In this document: one piece after another, positions 1 through 9,328 of the stretch
How the letters are laid out: every line of letters starts with the position of its first letter
Numbering within the stretch: the stretch's first letter is position 1
Source of the DNA: Candidatus Omnitrophota bacterium
GTDB lineage: Bacteria; Omnitrophota; Gorgyraeia; Zapsychrales; Zapsychraceae
Reading direction: 5' to 3'
Length of the DNA: 64,000 bases
NCBI GenBank assembly: GCA_020632515.1
Contig: JACKFK010000004.1
Coordinates: forward strand, 64,068 to 128,067
Program-made: the position numbers and the translations under genes
Notes under the pieces: model-generated
The model's database searches: none
What the model saw: only the letters and a program-made list of their open reading frames with translations
What the model was told of the DNA's origin: nothing

Positions 1-1
1 G

Positions 2-829
2 GTGAATGTTATTCTTCCACCATGTTCAATGGTTGGTCCGTGTATGACTATTCGAAAATTTCGTAATGACATTGGGAGTGTTGATGATTTAATTGAACTT
101 AAGATGTTTGATAAAAAGATCGCGACTTTGATGATTGCGGCCATGAAGGCAAAACTTAATGTTGTTTATTGTGGTTCCACAGGCGCTGGTAAAACGACAA
201 TGATGAATGTGTTTTCGCAGCATATCCCATCGCATGAACGGATTATTACAATAGAGGATACCCCAGAGCTTATTTTAAAACAGGAGCATGTTGTAACTTT
301 GGCCACAAAACCAGCTAATATTGAAGGTCGGGGGCAGATTGAAATGGATGAACTGTTCCGTAATTGTCTACGGATGCGACCTGATCGGATTATTATTGGT
401 GAAGTCCGCGGTGGAGAAATGCTTGATATGATTCAATCAATTACAAGTGGTCATAGTGGATCGTTAGCCATTGTTCACGCAGAAACTCCAGAGGATTGTT
501 TTAGCCGGATGATCACGATGGTGCTGATGACAGGGATTCGGTTAAGTACTTCTGAAATTCAAAAACAAGTAGCCAACGCGATAGATTTGATTGTGCATAT
601 TGAATTATTTATGGACGGGTTACGTCGAGTTACGCATATTTCAGATCTAACCCATGATAAAGCTACAGGTAAAAATGTAATGCATCATGTTTTTCAGTTT
701 ATTGAAGAAGGATTAGATGAAAAAGGAGAAATTGTTGGTCAATGGAAAATGGATAAAAGGACACCATCTTTTTATCAAAAATTTAAGAAAAGACGGGTCA
801 CTTTACCAGAAGGTTTTTTTGAAAGTTAA
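2..829 (+). CDS. CpaF/TadA-type (type II/IV secretion family) ATPase, C-terminal part; 5' end lies outside the window
   Basis: Walker A GSTGAGKTT, Walker B/Asp box RPDRIIIGEVRGGE and His box SGHSGS. The ORF is open at the window edge. Confidence 0.85.
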   Translation: MNVILPPCSMVGPCMTIRKFRNDIGSVDDLIELKMFDKKIATLMIAAMKAKLNVVYCGSTGAGKTTMMNVFSQHIPSHERIITIEDTPELILKQEHVVTLATKPANIEGRGQIEMDELFRNCLRMRPDRIIIGEVRGGEMLDMIQSITSGHSGSLAIVHAETPEDCFSRMITMVLMTGIRLSTSEIQKQVANAIDLIVHIELFMDGLRRVTHISDLTHDKATGKNVMHHVFQFIEEGLDEKGEIVGQWKMDKRTPSFYQKFKKRRVTLPEGFFES

Positions 830-832
830 ATT

Positions 833-2029
833 ATGAAATGGTCACAGTTTTTTATTCCAACATTTAAAGAAATTCCAATCGGAACCGAAGCCGTTAGTCA
901 TCAGCTTTTATTACGCGCGGGATTAGTGCATATGTTGACATCGGGCGTATATTCTTATTTGCCGCTAGGACTTCGAGTTTTACGCAAAGTGGAGAAAATT
1001 ATTCGAGAAGAAATGGAGAGTATTGGCGCGCGTGAATTGTTTTTACCGTGTCTGCATCCATTGGATATTTGGAAACAAACCGGACGGGATCAGGATTTAA
1101 AAGATGTTATGATCAAGTTTGAAGATAATCGTGGTCGACAAATGTGTTTAGGTCCAACACATGAAGAAATCATCACAAATTTGGTGAAAGATTTTGTTCA
1201 ATCATATCGCCAGTTACCGGTAACGCTGTATCAGATCCAGACCAAATTTCGCGATGAAATCCGTACTCGATTTGGCATTGTCCGTGCGTGTGAATTTATC
1301 ATGAAAGATGCGTATAGTTTTGATCGGGATAAAGCGGGGTTACAAAAGAATTACGATTTAATGTATGATGCTTATAAAAAGATTTTTAAGCGGTGTGAGT
1401 TGGATGTTGTTATTACCGAAGCTGAATCAGGTGCGATGGGAGGAGATGTATCGCATGAATTTCTTATTCCTGCGGCTATTGGCGAAGATACTGTCACAGT
1501 TGAGGTAGATGGAAAAAAGCAAGAACAAGTTGCTATTGAGTTGGGGCATATTTTTCAGCTCGGAACAAAATACAGTCAAGCGTTACAGGCTTTATTTTTA
1601 GACGAAGATGGAAAACAGAAACCAATGATTATGGGGTGTTATGGAATCGGTGTAAGCCGTGTGATTGCCGCAATTATTGAAAAACATAACGATGAAAAGG
1701 GTATCATTTGGCCCAAAGAAATTGCCCCCTTTCAGGTTGAGATATTGCCATTACAATCTGGTGATGACCAGACAATAGCAGAGTTAGCTCAAAAATATTT
1801 ATCAGCTTTAGAACAGAAAGGGATTGAAGTATTATTAGACGATCGTAATGAATCAGCTGGACGTAAGTTTAATGACGCGGACTTAATCGGAATCCCGTAT
1901 CGTATTACTATTGGTAAAAAGAACTTGGTTAACAATCAGGTGGAAATTAAGGAACGAGCGACTAATACCGTTTCATTGGTTAGTAAAGATCAAGCGGTGG
2001 AAGAAATTTTAAAGTTGTTGGCCAAATGA
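833..2029 (+). CDS. proS: Prolyl-tRNA synthetase, bacterial type but lacking the INS editing domain (398 aa)
   Basis: Class II motif 2 FRDEIRTRFGIVRACEF and motif 3 GCYGIGVSRVIAA, with GHIFQLGTKYS. Only about 12 aa lie where E. coli ProRS carries its ~180-aa INS domain. Confidence 0.9.
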   Translation: MKWSQFFIPTFKEIPIGTEAVSHQLLLRAGLVHMLTSGVYSYLPLGLRVLRKVEKIIREEMESIGARELFLPCLHPLDIWKQTGRDQDLKDVMIKFEDNRGRQMCLGPTHEEIITNLVKDFVQSYRQLPVTLYQIQTKFRDEIRTRFGIVRACEFIMKDAYSFDRDKAGLQKNYDLMYDAYKKIFKRCELDVVITEAESGAMGGDVSHEFLIPAAIGEDTVTVEVDGKKQEQVAIELGHIFQLGTKYSQALQALFLDEDGKQKPMIMGCYGIGVSRVIAAIIEKHNDEKGIIWPKEIAPFQVEILPLQSGDDQTIAELAQKYLSALEQKGIEVLLDDRNESAGRKFNDADLIGIPYRITIGKKNLVNNQVEIKERATNTVSLVSKDQAVEEILKLLAK

Positions 2030-2484
2030 ACAAAGAACTTGTTAAGACAAAAATTGAAGAGCTTAGCACTTCACTATTAACTGAGTTAAATGCTGAAATT
2101 TTTGAGTTGAATATTAAGCAGCAAGGAAGAACAGTAGTCATTGAGCTCTTAGTGGACAAACCTGAAGGAGGAATTAATATTGATGAATGCATTTACATTA
2201 ATAAAAATTTAAATGAGAAATTAGAACAGGAGCAGATTCTCGAAGGTGACTATGTTGTTGAAGTTTCTTCTCCAGGGATTGACCGCCCGTTAAAAGTGGC
2301 AAAAGATTTTCGGCGAATTAAAGGAAAGAAAATTCGAGTTCATCTTAAAGATTTAGTTGATGGGAAATTGGAATATGGCGGGTTTTTAAAAGATGTTAGA
2401 GAAAACGAAATTATTATTGAATCTAAGAACCAAGATATAAAAATTTTATTATCCAACATACAAACAGGAATGCAAATTATATAG
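2026..2484 (+). CDS. rimP: Ribosome maturation factor RimP
   Basis: SSPGIDRPL motif, appropriate size, and conserved position directly upstream of nusA-infB. Confidence 0.8.
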   Translation: MNKELVKTKIEELSTSLLTELNAEIFELNIKQQGRTVVIELLVDKPEGGINIDECIYINKNLNEKLEQEQILEGDYVVEVSSPGIDRPLKVAKDFRRIKGKKIRVHLKDLVDGKLEYGGFLKDVRENEIIIESKNQDIKILLSNIQTGMQII

Positions 2485-2551
2485 CGTAATCATTAATGCG
2501 AGAGAAAGAAAGCGTTAATGAAATAATGTAATTTCGAGGAAGGAAAGCAGA

Positions 2552-3760
2552 ATGGAAAGCAGTGAACTATTAGGAATATTAGAACAGTTAGAACGCGATA
2601 AAGGGATAGATAAGAAAATTCTTATTGAAGCTGTTGAGGCCGCGGTCGCATCAGCTGCCAGGAAATTATGGACGGTTGATAAGAATCAGGAAATTCATGT
2701 GGAATTAGACCCGAAGAGTGGAAAATTGAAGGCTTTTGCTGATGGAGAAGAAATTCGTTCAAGTGAATTTGGTCGTATTGCGGCGCAGACAGCGAAGCAG
2801 GTGGTTATTCAAAAAATTCGTGAAGCAGAAAAAGATGTTGTGTTTTCAGAATATCAAGCAAGGATTGGAGAGATTATTAGTGGAAGTGTTTATCGATTTG
2901 AACGCGGAAATATTATCATCGACCTAGGAAAAACAGAGGCTTATATTCCTAAAAAAGAACAGTCTAATAAAGAGGAATTTAAACAAGGGGATAGAATTCG
3001 CGCTTATGTTTTGGATGTTAACCGTGAAAGCCGCGGGCCGCAAATTGTACTATCGCGCGCGCATCCTAATTTTGTTAAACGGTTATTTGAAATGGAAGTT
3101 CCTGAGATCTACGAAGGGATTGTAGAGGTAAAGTCAATTGCCCGTGATGTTGGCGAACGAACAAAGATTGCTGTTTATTCAAAAGATGAAAAGGTCGATT
3201 GTGTTGGCGCCTGTGTTGGCATGCGTGGTTCCCGTGTTAAAAATATTGTTTCCGAATTGCAAGGAGAAAAGATTGATATTGTACGCTTTTCGTCTGATAT
3301 TAAGGAATACATACAGGCGGCGCTTTCACCTGCAGAGATTTCACAGATTCAGTTAAACTTTGACGATAAGAAAGCCAATATAATTGTTGCCAATGATCAG
3401 TTATCATTAGCGATTGGGCGTCATGGACAGAATGTCCGTCTAGCAAGTAAACTTGTTGGATGGGAGCTGGATATTTTTTCTTTTGAACAATGGCAGGAGC
3501 TTCAAGATGAGATGGAAGCGGAAGAAGCCAAAGATAATGAAGAAGGTTCTCAAGAAAAAGACGCTGTTAGCGAGAAATCTGATATTACTAAATTAACAGG
3601 TGTTGGTGATAAATTATTAGTGCAATTACAAGAGGCTGGATTTACTTCATTGGAAAAAATTTCCAGTGCGAACGTAGAAGATTTGACACAAATTAAAGGC
3701 TTAGGTAAAATTAAAGCTGAAAAAATGATTGAAGAAGCAAAATCGTTGTTAGATTCATAA
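2552..3760 (+). CDS. nusA: Transcription termination/antitermination factor NusA
   Basis: S1 and two KH domains (GACVGMRGSRV, IGRHGQNVRLAS), an acidic linker and a C-terminal HhH. RBS GAGGAAGG lies upstream. Confidence 0.92.
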   Translation: MESSELLGILEQLERDKGIDKKILIEAVEAAVASAARKLWTVDKNQEIHVELDPKSGKLKAFADGEEIRSSEFGRIAAQTAKQVVIQKIREAEKDVVFSEYQARIGEIISGSVYRFERGNIIIDLGKTEAYIPKKEQSNKEEFKQGDRIRAYVLDVNRESRGPQIVLSRAHPNFVKRLFEMEVPEIYEGIVEVKSIARDVGERTKIAVYSKDEKVDCVGACVGMRGSRVKNIVSELQGEKIDIVRFSSDIKEYIQAALSPAEISQIQLNFDDKKANIIVANDQLSLAIGRHGQNVRLASKLVGWELDIFSFEQWQELQDEMEAEEAKDNEEGSQEKDAVSEKSDITKLTGVGDKLLVQLQEAGFTSLEKISSANVEDLTQIKGLGKIKAEKMIEEAKSLLDS

Positions 3761-3837
3761 CCAATTTAAGATCGAGTAGTCTGACGATAAACGCTTATTA
3801 ATTTTTTTTCGTTTTATAAAGGTTAGGAAATCATTAT

Positions 3838-6267
3838 ATGAAAGTATCGGAATTAGCCAGTAAATTAAACACGACCAGTGCGACTATTTTACATACATTA
3901 AAGTCGTTAAAACTAAAAGCTAAAGATAGCAAACAAGAGCTTAGTGCTGCGGTAATTAGTGTTGTTAAAAGTGAATTCAGCAAGGGTAAGATTAAGACTA
4001 TCCCGGAAGCCGAATCGTCGAAGAAAGCAACTAAATCTAAGGGAATAAAGAAAAAAACAGCGGCCAAAGATGAGAAAGTAGAAAAGGTTGAGAAAGTTGT
4101 TAAGAAGAAGGCGGTAAAAAAGAAAGCTGTTAAAGAAAAGGCTGATTCAACTAAAACAGTAAAGGCAAAAAAGGCTGTTGATAAATCTAAAATAGAAGAT
4201 AAAAAAGAATCTAAAACAATTAAAAAAGAGACTGCTGTTAAAGAAACAATCCGCACTAAAAAGAAAATCAGTAAAGATCCTGTTATCACGCTAAAACCGT
4301 TGACGCGAAAAAAACGTCGGGTAACAACGCCTTCACATGATAAGAAACGGGATGGTGGGGTTGAAGGGTTGTCTGTTAAATCTGAAACTGTTATTGAGGA
4401 AAATTCAGTAGAAAGTTCTTCTATGACAGAAACAAGTAAGCAACCTCAAGACAAATCTAATGTCAAAGAACAGCCTGTAGAAACACCAGGAATTCCTCGT
4501 GATGAATCTTTACCAGATTTAGAGATTAGAGTTCCGATAACAGTTAAAGATTTCAGTACGAAAATTCAGCAAAAACCTAGTATGGTTTTAACAAAATTGA
4601 TGAAAATGGGAGTTTTTGCGCATATCAATCAAAGTCTTGATCGGGATATTGTTGATCGGCTAACACGTGAATTTGGTTTTAATTTGGCTAAGATTAAAAC
4701 GCAGGAAGAGCAGTTGATTGAAACTCATCAAAAGGATGAAGAAAACCCTGAGTTATTGAAAGCGCGAGCACCTGTAGTTACTTTTATGGGACATGTTGAT
4801 CATGGAAAAACTTCTTTGTTAGATAGAATTCGGAAAAGTAAAGTTGCCGATACTGAACACGGCGGAATTACTCAGCATATTGGTGCGTATTCCGTTAAAT
4901 TGCCAAATGGTCGGATTACTTTTCTGGATACGCCTGGTCACGAAGCTTTTACTGCTATGCGGGCTCGAGGCGCACATATTACAGATTTAGTTGTTATTGT
5001 TATTGCTGCTGATGAAGGAATAATGCCTCAGACTGAAGAAGCGATTGATCATGCCCGGGCAGCGGAAGTTCCTATTATTATCGCGTTAAACAAAATTGAC
5101 CGTAAAACAGCTGATGTGGAGCGCGTCAAAAAACAATTGATGGAAAGAAACCTTACACCCGAAGATTGGGGGGGGAAAACGGTTGTGGCCAATGTGTCAG
5201 CTATGACGGGAGAGGGTATTGATGGCTTATTAGAAATGATTTTATTAGAGGCTGAATTATTAGAATTAAAGGCTAATCCATCAAAAGCAGCTTCGGGAAT
5301 TGTTGTTGATGCTCATTTAAGTAAAGGAAAAGGAACTATCGCGACATTGATTATACAAAGCGGGACGCTTAAAGAAGGTGATATGATCGTTGCCGGTGCT
5401 CATTATGGAAAAATAAAAGCTGTTTTTGATGATCATGAACGGGCCATTAAAAATGCGGGACCTTCCATGCCTGTTGAAGTTCTGGGGCTTCCGGATATTC
5501 CTGAAGCGGGAGAGAAATTCTATGTAGTTGAAGATGAGAAGCAAGCCAGAGAAATTGCATTGAAACGACAGGAACAGATAAAGCATGAAAAACTGCATAG
5601 CAAATCGAAAATCACTTTGGAAGATTTATATTCACAAATTGAAGAGGGCGCTATAAAAGAATTGAACGTTATTATTAAAGCTGATGTTCAAGGCTCGCTT
5701 GAAGCTTTAATTGATTCATTAGAGAAGATACCAAATCAGAAAGTTAAAATTCGATTTATCCATACAGGCATTGGAGATATCAATGCGTCGGATGTTCTTT
5801 TGGCGGTAGCGTCCAGAGCGATTGTTATTGGTTTTCATGTAGGCATTGGCCCCAAAGCCAAGAGTGAGTTAGAAAAACAACCTGTTGATGTAAGGCAATA
5901 TCGCATTATCTATGATGTTGTAGATGATTTGCGTAAGGCGTTAGAAGGGTTGCTTGATACTAAAATAAAGAAAAAATTCTTATCGAGAATTGAAGTCCGA
6001 GAAGTTTTTAAATTGACTAAACAAGGGATGATTGCTGGTTGTTTTGTGACCAAAGGAAAAGTTATTCGCAAGGTCAAAGTTGATGTTATCCGTAATGGAG
6101 AAATTATTCATTCCGATATTATTTCTTCATTAAAAAGATTTAAAGATGATGTAAAAGAAGTGACTGAAGGTATGGAATGTGGTATTAGTCTGGAAAAATT
6201 TTCCCAATATGAAAAAGGGGATATTTTTGAGACATATGAAGAGGAAAGTATTGCTCAAAAATTGTAA
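3838..6267 (+). CDS. infB: Translation initiation factor IF-2
   Basis: GTPase motifs GHVDHGKTSLLD, DTPGHEAF and NKID, with a Lys-rich repetitive N-terminus. It follows nusA. Confidence 0.95.
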   Translation: MKVSELASKLNTTSATILHTLKSLKLKAKDSKQELSAAVISVVKSEFSKGKIKTIPEAESSKKATKSKGIKKKTAAKDEKVEKVEKVVKKKAVKKKAVKEKADSTKTVKAKKAVDKSKIEDKKESKTIKKETAVKETIRTKKKISKDPVITLKPLTRKKRRVTTPSHDKKRDGGVEGLSVKSETVIEENSVESSSMTETSKQPQDKSNVKEQPVETPGIPRDESLPDLEIRVPITVKDFSTKIQQKPSMVLTKLMKMGVFAHINQSLDRDIVDRLTREFGFNLAKIKTQEEQLIETHQKDEENPELLKARAPVVTFMGHVDHGKTSLLDRIRKSKVADTEHGGITQHIGAYSVKLPNGRITFLDTPGHEAFTAMRARGAHITDLVVIVIAADEGIMPQTEEAIDHARAAEVPIIIALNKIDRKTADVERVKKQLMERNLTPEDWGGKTVVANVSAMTGEGIDGLLEMILLEAELLELKANPSKAASGIVVDAHLSKGKGTIATLIIQSGTLKEGDMIVAGAHYGKIKAVFDDHERAIKNAGPSMPVEVLGLPDIPEAGEKFYVVEDEKQAREIALKRQEQIKHEKLHSKSKITLEDLYSQIEEGAIKELNVIIKADVQGSLEALIDSLEKIPNQKVKIRFIHTGIGDINASDVLLAVASRAIVIGFHVGIGPKAKSELEKQPVDVRQYRIIYDVVDDLRKALEGLLDTKIKKKFLSRIEVREVFKLTKQGMIAGCFVTKGKVIRKVKVDVIRNGEIIHSDIISSLKRFKDDVKEVTEGMECGISLEKFSQYEKGDIFETYEEESIAQKL

Positions 6268-6299
6268 TCTTTATCTAGAACTATTTCCCAGGTAGATTA

Positions 6300-7277
6300 A
6301 TGAAAAAAACTGTTTTTAGTGCGATGCGTCCGACCGGAAAACTTCATTTAGGTCATTTAGTTGGGGCTTTGCATAATTGGTTAGACTTCCAAGAAAACTA
6401 TCGTTGTATTTTTTCGATTGTTGATTGGCATGCCTTAATGGGAGAATATGAACAAAGTAAAGATATTCATGAAAATATATTAGAAATGGCGATTGATTGG
6501 TTAGCCTGTGGCATTGATCCAAAGAAATCAATCATATTTATTCAATCCCACGTCCCGCAGCATCTTGAATTAGCTATGATCTTTGCCTGCCTGACTCCTT
6601 TAGGTTGGCTAGAAAGAAATCCAACTTATAAAGAGCAATTGCGTGAAATTCAAACACGCGATTTACAAACTTACGGATTCTTAGGATACCCAGTATTACA
6701 AGCCGCAGACATCCTGCTCTATAAAGCTCAAGCGGTTCCTATTGGTGAAGATCAACTTCCGCATATTGAATTGACACGGGAGATTTCTCGTCGATTTAAT
6801 CATTTATATAAAAAAGAGATTTTTCATGATTGTGAAGCTATTCTGACTAAAACACCACGTTTATTGGGAACAGATGGCCGTAAAATGAGTAAAAGTTATC
6901 AAAACGCGGTGAACCTTTCCGATGATGAAGCGCAAATAAAAGGCAAAGTCAGCAAGATGTTTACAGATCCTAAAAGAATCAAACTTTCAGATCCTGGACA
7001 TCCTAAGAAATGTAATGTGTACAGTTATTATCAAGTTTTTGCTCCTGATAAAAGTGAAGATGTGTATCAATGGTGTTCTAAGGCACAAAAAGGGTGCAGT
7101 GAATGTAAAAAGATATTAACCGCGGCAATAGATCAATATTTAACACCGATTCGGGAAAAGCGTAAAGAATTTGAAAATGATAAAACTCGGGTTAAGAAAA
7201 TATTAGATGAAGGCCGGGAGCAAGCTGCAGAGATTGCGGAAAACACGATGCAGGAAGTTAAGCGGTCTGTATTTTAA
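6300..7277 (+). CDS. trpS: Tryptophanyl-tRNA synthetase carrying a C-x20-C-x6-C-x2-C cysteine motif
   Basis: Class I HIGH-type TGKLHLGH and KMSKS, with GEDQLPHIELTREI. Four Cys residues sit at positions 238, 259, 266 and 269. Confidence 0.92.
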   Translation: MKKTVFSAMRPTGKLHLGHLVGALHNWLDFQENYRCIFSIVDWHALMGEYEQSKDIHENILEMAIDWLACGIDPKKSIIFIQSHVPQHLELAMIFACLTPLGWLERNPTYKEQLREIQTRDLQTYGFLGYPVLQAADILLYKAQAVPIGEDQLPHIELTREISRRFNHLYKKEIFHDCEAILTKTPRLLGTDGRKMSKSYQNAVNLSDDEAQIKGKVSKMFTDPKRIKLSDPGHPKKCNVYSYYQVFAPDKSEDVYQWCSKAQKGCSECKKILTAAIDQYLTPIREKRKEFENDKTRVKKILDEGREQAAEIAENTMQEVKRSVF

Positions 7278-7313
7278 AATAAATAAGGCAAAACAAATAT
7301 TTAAGGAAAATCT

Positions 7314-8063
7314 ATGGGATATAAAATTAAATTAGATGTTTTTGAAGGGCCGTTAGATTTATTGCTTTATTTAATTAAAAAAGATGATGTTGATATTCGG
7401 GATATACCGATTGTAAAAATTACTGAACAATATATGCAGTATATTGAAATGATGAAAATGTTGGATTTGGATATTGTTGGCGACTTTTTGGTTATGGCGG
7501 CTACATTAATGCAAATTAAATCGAAAATGTTGCTTCCGCCTGACCCTACTGAGGAGGTTCTTGAAGAGGATCCACGTGACGAGTTAGCCCGACGTCTTCT
7601 GGAGTATAAAAAGTTTAAAGAAATAGCCGAAGCTTTACAAGAAAAAGAAACGCAGCGCAAAGATTATTTTAGCCGGACCGCGAATGAAGATGAAAAAAAG
7701 CAGCTTAAGGAAGAGGCGAAAGAAATTTATTTAGAGGCGAATTTATTTGATCTTATTAATGCGTTATCAGAAGCGTTGAAAAAAGTTCCTGAAGAAGTTC
7801 TTCATGAAATTGTGCAAGAAGAGTTTACCGTGGAGAATAAGATTCATGATATATTGCATACACTTCTTGATCACTCTCAGTTAAGACTATCAAATCTTTT
7901 TTCTAAATGTCGCGTCCGGATGGAAGTCATTGTAACTTTTTTGGCGGTTTTAGAGTTGGTCAGATTGAAAGAGATCAAGATTGTTCAAAAACGATTATTT
8001 GAAGATATTGAAATTTTAAGAAATAAAGAAAATATTCCAATAGGTGTTCAAGAAAATAATTAA
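7314..8063 (+). CDS. scpA: Segregation and condensation protein A (kleisin)
   Basis: N-terminal FEGPLDLLLYLIKK motif, an acidic middle region and a C-terminal TFLAVLELVR winged-helix-like segment. Confidence 0.85.
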   Translation: MGYKIKLDVFEGPLDLLLYLIKKDDVDIRDIPIVKITEQYMQYIEMMKMLDLDIVGDFLVMAATLMQIKSKMLLPPDPTEEVLEEDPRDELARRLLEYKKFKEIAEALQEKETQRKDYFSRTANEDEKKQLKEEAKEIYLEANLFDLINALSEALKKVPEEVLHEIVQEEFTVENKIHDILHTLLDHSQLRLSNLFSKCRVRMEVIVTFLAVLELVRLKEIKIVQKRLFEDIEILRNKENIPIGVQENN

Positions 8064-8065
8064 TA

Positions 8066-9070
8066 ATGGACGAACATAAAAGAATAATCTTTAATCAAGA
8101 AACAGAAGAAGATCAGGTTTATAGTTTATCCTTGCGCCCTAGTCAGTTGAATGATTTTATCGGGCAGGATGATATTGTTAAAAATCTACAAGTTTCCATT
8201 CAGGCGGCTAAACAAAGACAGGAACCGGTGGAACATATGCTTTTTTCCGGTCCCCCGGGATTAGGAAAAACTTCGTTAGCTAATATTGTTGCTCATGAGA
8301 TGCAGGCAAGAATTACGATTACCTCTGGTCCGGCTATTACTAGAGCAGGAGATCTTATTGGAATACTGACGAATTTAGAAATGGGAGATATTTTATTTAT
8401 CGATGAAATTCATCGTTTATCAAAGGTTGTCGAAGAGTTCCTCTATCCTGCGATGGAGAATTTCAAAATTGATTTTATTGTGGATAAGGGGCCTTACGCT
8501 AAAACAATTAACTTTAATTTAAAACCATTTACACTTATTGGGGCGACAACCCGCAGTGGTTTATTGGCATCTCCTTTAAGAGACCGCTTTGGTATTTTTC
8601 ACCACTTAGAATTTTATGATAGTTCGGATTTAAGCCGGATCGTATTTCATTCCGCCCAGAAATTAAATGTTGTAATTACGAAAGAAGCTGCTTTAGAAAT
8701 TGCCTGTCGATCGAGAGGAACCCCGCGGATTGCGAATCGTCTACTTCGTCGGGTACGGGATTACACGCAGGTAAAAACTAAAGCTGGCGAAATTACTTTA
8801 GAGACGGCACAGGAAGCAATGAAAACTCTAGGCATTGATGGTGTTGGGCTTGATGAAATTGACCGCCGGTTACTTAACGTTGTGGCGCAGCATTATAACG
8901 GCGGACCTGTGGGCATTGAAACCTTAGCCGCCACATTAAATGAAGAAGTCGACACGATTGTTGATGTAATTGAACCATATCTCTTAAAGATTGGTTTTCT
9001 CAGAAGGACACCAAGGGGGCGTGAATTATCTGAAGCCTCATTTAAGCATATCAAAGCGTTATCAGTTTAA
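8066..9070 (+). CDS. ruvB: Holliday junction branch migration helicase RuvB
   Basis: Walker A GPPGLGKTS, Walker B FIDEIHRL, GATTRSG and SRGTPRIANRLLRRVRD. Confidence 0.95.
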   Translation: MDEHKRIIFNQETEEDQVYSLSLRPSQLNDFIGQDDIVKNLQVSIQAAKQRQEPVEHMLFSGPPGLGKTSLANIVAHEMQARITITSGPAITRAGDLIGILTNLEMGDILFIDEIHRLSKVVEEFLYPAMENFKIDFIVDKGPYAKTINFNLKPFTLIGATTRSGLLASPLRDRFGIFHHLEFYDSSDLSRIVFHSAQKLNVVITKEAALEIACRSRGTPRIANRLLRRVRDYTQVKTKAGEITLETAQEAMKTLGIDGVGLDEIDRRLLNVVAQHYNGGPVGIETLAATLNEEVDTIVDVIEPYLLKIGFLRRTPRGRELSEASFKHIKALSV

Positions 9071-9112
9071 CTCCCGACAGACTGATATTGGTCAGAATCT
9101 CATAAAATAGTC

Positions 9113-9328
9113 ATGAATGAATTAGCGAAATCAATTATAATGTTGGGTGTTGTCTTGATTCTGATCGGGACGATATTTTTATTTTTTAATAAATTGCCTG
9201 GTATAGGAAAGCTTCCTGGAGATATCATAATTAAGAAAGAGAATTTTAATTTTTATTTTCCAATAACAAGCTGCATTATTTTAAGTTTTATAATAAGTTT
9301 AATTATTTATTTATGGAATCATCGCTAA
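9113..9328 (+). CDS. Small membrane protein, DUF2905-like
   Basis: Two TM segments with a KLPGDI...FYFPI pattern typical of DUF2905. Confidence 0.6.
   Translation: MNELAKSIIMLGVVLILIGTIFLFFNKLPGIGKLPGDIIIKKENFNFYFPITSCIILSFIISLIIYLWNHR

Noticed and set aside
2491-2520. 9-bp hairpin (CATTAATGC / GCGTTAATG, 12-nt loop) between rimP and nusA, possibly related to NusA autoregulation
   Set aside because: It has no U-tract, the stem is AU-rich, and there is no evidence of conservation. It is too weak to call a regulatory element.
3990-4300. Repetitive Lys/Val/Glu-rich coding repeats (KKKAVKKKAVKEKA, VEKVEKV) in infB
   Set aside because: Low-complexity basic N-terminal regions are common in IF-2 and vary between lineages. 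This is not an independent element.
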